The notes under the pieces were generated by a model, which was given only the letters and a program-made list of their open reading frames with translations, did not search any database and had not been told where the DNA came from. DNA of 64,000 bases, taken from the NCBI GenBank assembly GCA_963820825.1, contig CAWGBN010000007.1:64001-128000 (forward strand), in the 5' to 3' direction. The position numbers were made by a program, and so were the translations under genes. Of this stretch, positions 59,104 through 64,000 are shown piece after piece. The stretch's first letter is position 1. Each line of letters opens with the position of its first letter. This stretch comes from Vulcanimicrobiota bacterium. Its GTDB lineage: Bacteria > Vulcanimicrobiota > Vulcanimicrobiia > Vulcanimicrobiales > Vulcanimicrobiaceae.

Positions 59104-60429
59104 CTAGCGTGAGTACCCGGCAGGCGCGAAGAGGGTTTCAGCGGCAAAGGCATCGATGGCGGCGAGCGCGCGCTCGGCCAGCACCCGCCGCCGCTCCCGC
59201 TTCCCGGCGACCGCCACCGCCGGAAAGGAGCCCCAGGTGACGTTCGACGGCTGAAAATCGGGCGTTTCGCGGTTCTGCAAGTGCGCGATCACGGCGCCGA
59301 ACGCGCTCTCGCGCGGAAATTCGACCGGCGGCGCTCCGAGGATCGCACGTGCCGCATGAATGCCCGCCATCGCTCCGCAGGCCGCCGCTTCGACGTAGCC
59401 CTCGGCACCGGTGATCTGTCCCGCGAAGTAGAGCGCTTCGGTACCGCGTAGCCGCAGACTCGGCTCGAGCAGTCGCGGCGCGTCGATGAACGTATTGCGA
59501 TGCATCACGCCGAGACGAAGCCACTCGGCATCGTGCAATCCGGGGAGTCTGCCGAAGGCTTCGCGCTGCGCCGGCCAGCTCAGCCGCGTCTGAAAACCGA
59601 CGAGATTGTAGGCCGTTCCCTCGCGATTCTCTTTGCGCAGCTGCACCACCGCATAGGGCGTCTCCCCCGTTCGCGGATCGCGCAGGCCGACGGGTTTGAG
59701 CGGACCGAAGCGCAAGACGTCGTCGCCGCGATCGGCCATCTCCTCGATCGGTAGACATCCCTCGAAGTAGCGCGTCTCCTCGAAATCCTTTGCCGGATGG
59801 CGCTCGAGGGTGCGCAGATCGGTGAGCAGACGCTCGTATTCGCCGCGGTCGAGCGGGATGTTGAGGTAGTCGTCGCCATCTCCCTTATCGTAGCGGGATT
59901 TCCGGTACATCGGCGCTTCGTCGATCGAATCGGCGGCGACGATCGGTGACGCGGCGTCGTAATAATGCAGGCGAGCGCCGGCGATGCGATCGAGGCTCGC
60001 CAGAAAGTCCTCGCCCGGGAGCGGACCGCACGCGACGATCGCGGGACGGTCGAGCGGAATTGCACGCACTTCCTCGCGGTGGAGGGTAATGCGCGGTTCG
60101 TCTGCGATTCGCGCTTCGATCAGTTCCGCAAAGCGCTGCCGGTCGACCGCGAGCGCTCCGCCCGCCGGCACGGCCGTCTCGCGCGCCGAGCTGACGATCA
60201 GCGAGCCGAGCCGCGCGAGCTCCTCTTTGAGCAGTCCGACGGCGTTCTCGAGCGCGGCGCCGCGAAGCGAGTTGCTGCAGACGAGCTCGGCGAGCGCTCC
60301 CGTCTTATGCGCGGGTCCGCTGCGAAGCGGCCGCATCTCGTAGAGATCGACCTCGGCGCCGCAACGCGCGGCCTGCCACGCCGCTTCGCATCCGGCCAAC
60401 CCACCCCCAATGACCGTGAGGCGAAGCAT
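59104..60429 (-). CDS. trmFO: tRNA (uracil-5-)-methyltransferase TrmFO
   Basis: [26 protein letters not shown] and GQITG.EGY motifs. Confidence 0.95.
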   Translation of the reverse strand: MLRLTVIGGGLAGCEAAWQAARCGAEVDLYEMRPLRSGPAHKTGALAELVCSNSLRGAALENAVGLLKEELARLGSLIVSSARETAVPAGGALAVDRQRFAELIEARIADEPRITLHREEVRAIPLDRPAIVACGPLPGEDFLASLDRIAGARLHYYDAASPIVAADSIDEAPMYRKSRYDKGDGDDYLNIPLDRGEYERLLTDLRTLERHPAKDFEETRYFEGCLPIEEMADRGDDVLRFGPLKPVGLRDPRTGETPYAVVQLRKENREGTAYNLVGFQTRLSWPAQREAFGRLPGLHDAEWLRLGVMHRNTFIDAPRLLEPSLRLRGTEALYFAGQITGAEGYVEAAACGAMAGIHAARAILGAPPVEFPRESAFGAVIAHLQNRETPDFQPSNVTWGSFPAVAVAGKRERRRVLAERALAAIDAFAAETLFAPAGYSR

Positions 60430-60442
60430 TGTGACGAAGGAT

Positions 60443-62552
60443 TCAGGAGCTGGCAGCCGCGGGCGTGAGCGCGGTGACGTCGTGACTCCGGTCCGCCGCG
60501 CACTGCAGCGTGACGTTGCCGCCGCGCCGCGTCTTAGCCAGAACGTGCGAGCCGCAGGCGGGACAGCGCTCCGGAACGACGGCATCCCACGAGATGAAAT
60601 CGCACTTCGGATAGTTCGCGCATCCGTAAAAGGTGCGGCCCTTCTTGGAACGGCGCTCGACGATCGCGCCGCCGCAGCGCGGGCACGCGGCTCCCGTCTC
60701 CTTCACGATCGGTTTCGTCGTCTTGCACTCCGGATAGCCGCTGCACGAGATGAACTTCCCGAAGCGGCCGTGCTTGATGACCATCGGGCGGCCGCAGGTC
60801 GGGCAGATCTCGTCGGTCGGCTCGTCGCGCAGCTCCAAGCGCGGCAGCTTCTTCTCGGCAGCCTCGAGCTCGCTCTCGAAGGGGCCGTAGAAACTGCGCA
60901 GCAGCGCGATCCAATCTTCGTTCCCCTCGGCGACCCGGTCGAGATCGCCTTCCATCCGGGCGGTGAAGTCGAGGTTGACGATCTTCGGGAAGTGCTCGAC
61001 GAGCAGATCGTTGACCGCGAAGCCGATCGGAGTCGGCATGAAGCGCCGCTCTTGCTGCGTCACGTAGCCGCGCGCCTGGATGGTCTCGACGATCGTCGAG
61101 TACGTCGACGGTCGGCCGATGCCGTTATCTTCAAGCGCTTTGACGAGCGCCGCTTCGGTGAAACGCGGCGGCGGCTCGGTGAAGTGCTGCTTCGGCTCGA
61201 CCCTCCGGCACTCGAGCGCCTCGCCTTCGTTTAATTCCGGCAGGCGTACGCGGCCCTTGGCGCCGTCGTCTTCCTTCGACTCGTCGTAGACGCGGGTGAA
61301 GCCTGGGAATTTCATGACGGTTCCCGTTGCGCGGAACGTGTAATCGGCCGCGGCAACGTCGACGACCGTCTGGTCGAAGAGCGCCGCCGACATCTGCGAG
61401 GCGACGAAACGCTCCCAAATCATGGAGTAGAGGCGCAGCTCCTCGCGCTTGAGGATTCCGGCGAGGCGTTCCGGCGTTCGGTGCACCGAGGTAGGGCGAA
61501 TCGCTTCGTGCGCGTCCTGCGCGCCCTCCCGAACGCGATGAATCTTGCCCCCGTGGAACTGCTCGCCGTACGTCGCGACGATGAACTCGCGAGCCGCGTC
61601 GCGCGCCTGATCGCTGATGCGCGTCGAGTCCGTACGCATATAGGTGATCAGGCCGACGGTCCCCTCGCTTCCGCCCAGATCGACGCCCTCGTACAGCGCC
61701 TGCGACACCTGCATCGCGCGCCGGACGCGCATCTTCAGTTTGCGCGAGGCCTCCTGCTGTAACGTCGAGGTCGTGAACGGGGCCGGCGGATTGCGACGCA
61801 CCTCGCGGCGCCTTACCGATCCGACCCGGTAGGCGGCGCCCTCCAGCGCGCGTAGAATCGCGTCGGCCTCGGCCGCATTTCGAATTTCGAGCTTCTCGCC
61901 GCGATGGGCGACGAGATCGGCCGAGAACTCGATCGGCGCGCCCGCCGCGCTCTCGGTCGCCGCAAGCAGGGCTGCGATGCGTCCAGTACTCTCTCGGGAC
62001 GAAGGCCTCGATCTCACGCTCGCGGTCGACGATCAGTTTTACCGCGACCGATTGAACGCGCCCGGCGGAGAGGCCGCCGCGGACCTTCGACCAGAGCAGC
62101 GGCGAAATCTTGTAGCCGACGAGGCGGTCGAGAATGCGCCGCGCCTGCTGCGCGTTCACGCGATCCATGTCGATGACGTGCGGGTGCTTTAGCGCCGCTA
62201 ACGCCGCTTCTTTGGTGATCTCGTGGAGCTCGATTCGCTGCGGGTCGCGGCAGCTTCAGCAGCTCGGCCAGGTGCCACGCGATCGCCTCGCCTTCGCGGT
62301 CGGGGTCGGTCGCGAGGTAGACGTCGGTCGCGCTCTTCGACGGCGCTCGCGCAGCTCTTTGATGACGTCGCCCTTACCCTTGATCGTCAGGTATTTCGGC
62401 GCGAAATCGTGCTCGACGTCGACGCCGAGCGTGCTCTTGGGAAGATCGCGCACGTGCCCCACCGATGCTTTCACCGCGTAGCGCGCCGGCAAGAACTTCT
62501 TGATCGTCCGCGCCTTGGTCGGCGACTCGACGATGATCAGGGGCTTTTTCAC
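60443..62552 (-). CDS. topA: DNA topoisomerase I, interrupted by about four single-base insertions (likely sequencing errors)
   Basis: [37 protein letters not shown] and zinc ribbons are spread over several frames. Apparent extra bases near 62348, 62338, 62250 and 61980. Confidence 0.93.
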
Positions 62553-62760
62553 GGGGCCTAGTATACTCCGCGGTCAAGACCGGGCTCGAATAGCGCGCGC
62601 GGCCAAACGCTGTTGCGAGGGCGCGCGTTCGCGCACGCGCGTGCACGTATGCGCGCGCGAATTTGCATCATTTGACGAAATCCTCTATGATGCGCTCAAA
62701 AGCGCGCAATGAGCGCTGTCCAATAAACGCTTATCGTCCCCGGGGGACGAGGAGGAATGA

Positions 62761-63148
62761 ATGGACTCCGATTCCACGATGAACGGCGGCCCGGTCGAAG
62801 AGGTAAAGAAGCTTCGCAAACGGGCCGCTAAAAAAGCCGTCGCCGCTGCGGTCGTTCGCAAGGCAGTTGCGTAAGCGGCGAGTTCGCAAGGCCGTCCGTC
62901 GCAAGGTCGCCGCACGGTCGTGCGCAAGGCAGTCGGCGTAAGAGTCGCCCGCAAGGCCGTGCGCCGGAAAGTCGCCCGCAAGGTCGTGCGCACGAAGGTA
63001 GTCCGCAAGGCCGTGCGCCGGAAAGTCGCCCGCAAGGCGGTGGCCGTAAGGTAGCGCGCAAGGCCGTGCGCCGGAAAGTCGTCCGCAAAGCGGTGCGCAA
63101 GAAAGGTAGCCCGCAAGGCCGGCAAAAGGGCGGCGCAAGAAGAGGTAA
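62761..63148 (+). CDS. Lys/Arg/Ala/Val-rich histone H1-like (Hc2-like) protein, frameshifted in this sequence
   Basis: [37 protein letters not shown]...; 27-bp repeats CGCAAGGCCGTGCGCCGGAAAGTCGCC (RKAVRRKVA) at 62950, 62977, 63004 and 63031. Confidence 0.7.
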
Positions 63149-63180
63149 CCGCCGAAAGATGAACGCTAAGCTGTACGCAA

Positions 63181-63222
63181 TTGAAGGCGGGCGGCCACAC
63201 GCAGTGACTGCCCGCCTTTCAA
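63181..63222. terminator. Putative bidirectional terminator hairpin
   Basis: TTGAAGGCGGGC...GCCCGCCTTTCAA inverted repeat between convergent genes. Confidence 0.65.
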
Positions 63223-63224
63223 TG

Positions 63225-64000
63225 TCATGAACTGACGCGAGCCGCCGGCGCTTGGCCGCCGTGCTCTTCCACCCAGTGGCACGCGGCGATAGTGGCCCGG
63301 CGCGTACTCCTCGCAGCGGCGGCTCTTCGACGATGCAGCGATCGAACGCGATCGGGCAGCGCGTGTGAAAGCGGCAGCCCGACGGCGGATTGACCGGCGA
63401 CGGAATGTCGCCGGTCAGGACGATGCGCTTGCGCCGGCGCTCGACGCGCCGGATCGGGAATCGGAATGGCCGAGAGCAGCGCCTGCGTGTACGGGTGGAG
63501 CGGGTTCGCGATAGAGCTCGTTGCGGTCGGCGAGCTCGACGAGCTTGCCGACGTACATCACGGCGACGCGGGTCGAGATGTGCCGCACGACCGAAAGATC
63601 GTGCGCGATGAAGAGATAGGTGAGCCCGAACTGCTCCTGCAGATCCTCGAGCAGGTTGATGACCTGCGCCTGAATCGAGACGTCGAGCGCCGAGACCGGC
63701 TCGTCGCAGACGATGAACTTCGGGCTCGACCGCGAGCGCCCGCGCGATGCCGACGCGCTGGCGCTGACCGCCGGAAAACTCGTGCGGGATAGCGGTTGGC
63801 GTGATAGGGCTGCAAGGCCGACGAGCTAGAGCAGCTCCTGGACGCGCTCGTCCATCGCCTTTCCCGTGGCGAGCCGGTGAATTCGCAGCGGCTCGGCGAC
63901 GATGTCGCCGACGGTCATCCGCGGATTGAGCGACGCGAACGGGTCCTGGAAGATGATCTGCATCGATCGGCGCAGCCGGCGAATCTCGGTGCGGTTCAGT
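63225..64000 (-). CDS. Oligopeptide/dipeptide ABC transporter ATP-binding protein (OppF/AppF-like), partial, with indels
   Basis: [50 protein letters not shown] and GCRFHTRCP motifs in shifting frames. Confidence 0.88.

Noticed and set aside
60443..62552. Programmed frameshifting or pseudogenisation of topA
   Set aside because: Multiple single-base insertions without slippery sites, shared with neighbouring genes; sequencing error is simpler.
62850..63120. 27-bp repeats as a CRISPR array or iterons
   Set aside because: No spacers; variation is mostly at synonymous positions, consistent with a coding repeat.
63826..63828. Amber recoding in the ABC ATPase
   Set aside because: TAG is used as a normal stop by many genes in the window, and the site is in the error-rich zone.

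Overview
A 64 kb, GC-rich bacterial chromosomal segment with most genes on the minus strand. The many secreted beta-propeller, sedolisin and phosphoesterase lipoproteins, hpnJ, a Gram-positive-type SOS box and mixed Firmicutes/Actinobacteria-like gene orders suggest a Terrabacteria lineage such as Ca. Eremiobacterota (inference only). Housekeeping genes include purA, ftsY-recA-recX, gdh, a beta-oxidation operon, def-fmt-rsmB-fhaA-fhaB-rodA and topA-trmFO-hslV-hslU. The best candidate for an undescribed system is a BlaI/BlaR1-like module at 1-7593. It has a near-consensus promoter bracketed by two ACTAA-N4-TTAGT operators, a 41-aa leader ORF, a BlaI-like repressor, and an M56 peptidase whose sensor is a pentapeptide-repeat domain. 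These are followed by a secreted pentapeptide protein, a putative outer-membrane protein and an S9 peptidase. Other notable items are a degenerate HPRT coupled to a PD-(D/E)xK-like protein, an SOS box upstream of ftsY, a thioester-less alpha-2-macroglobulin head-to-head with pbpC, REP-like sequence inside two CDSs, and an ATLF-like metallopeptidase. The last ~2 kb has several indels that look like sequencing errors. No rRNA, tRNA, CRISPR array or transposase was recognised.
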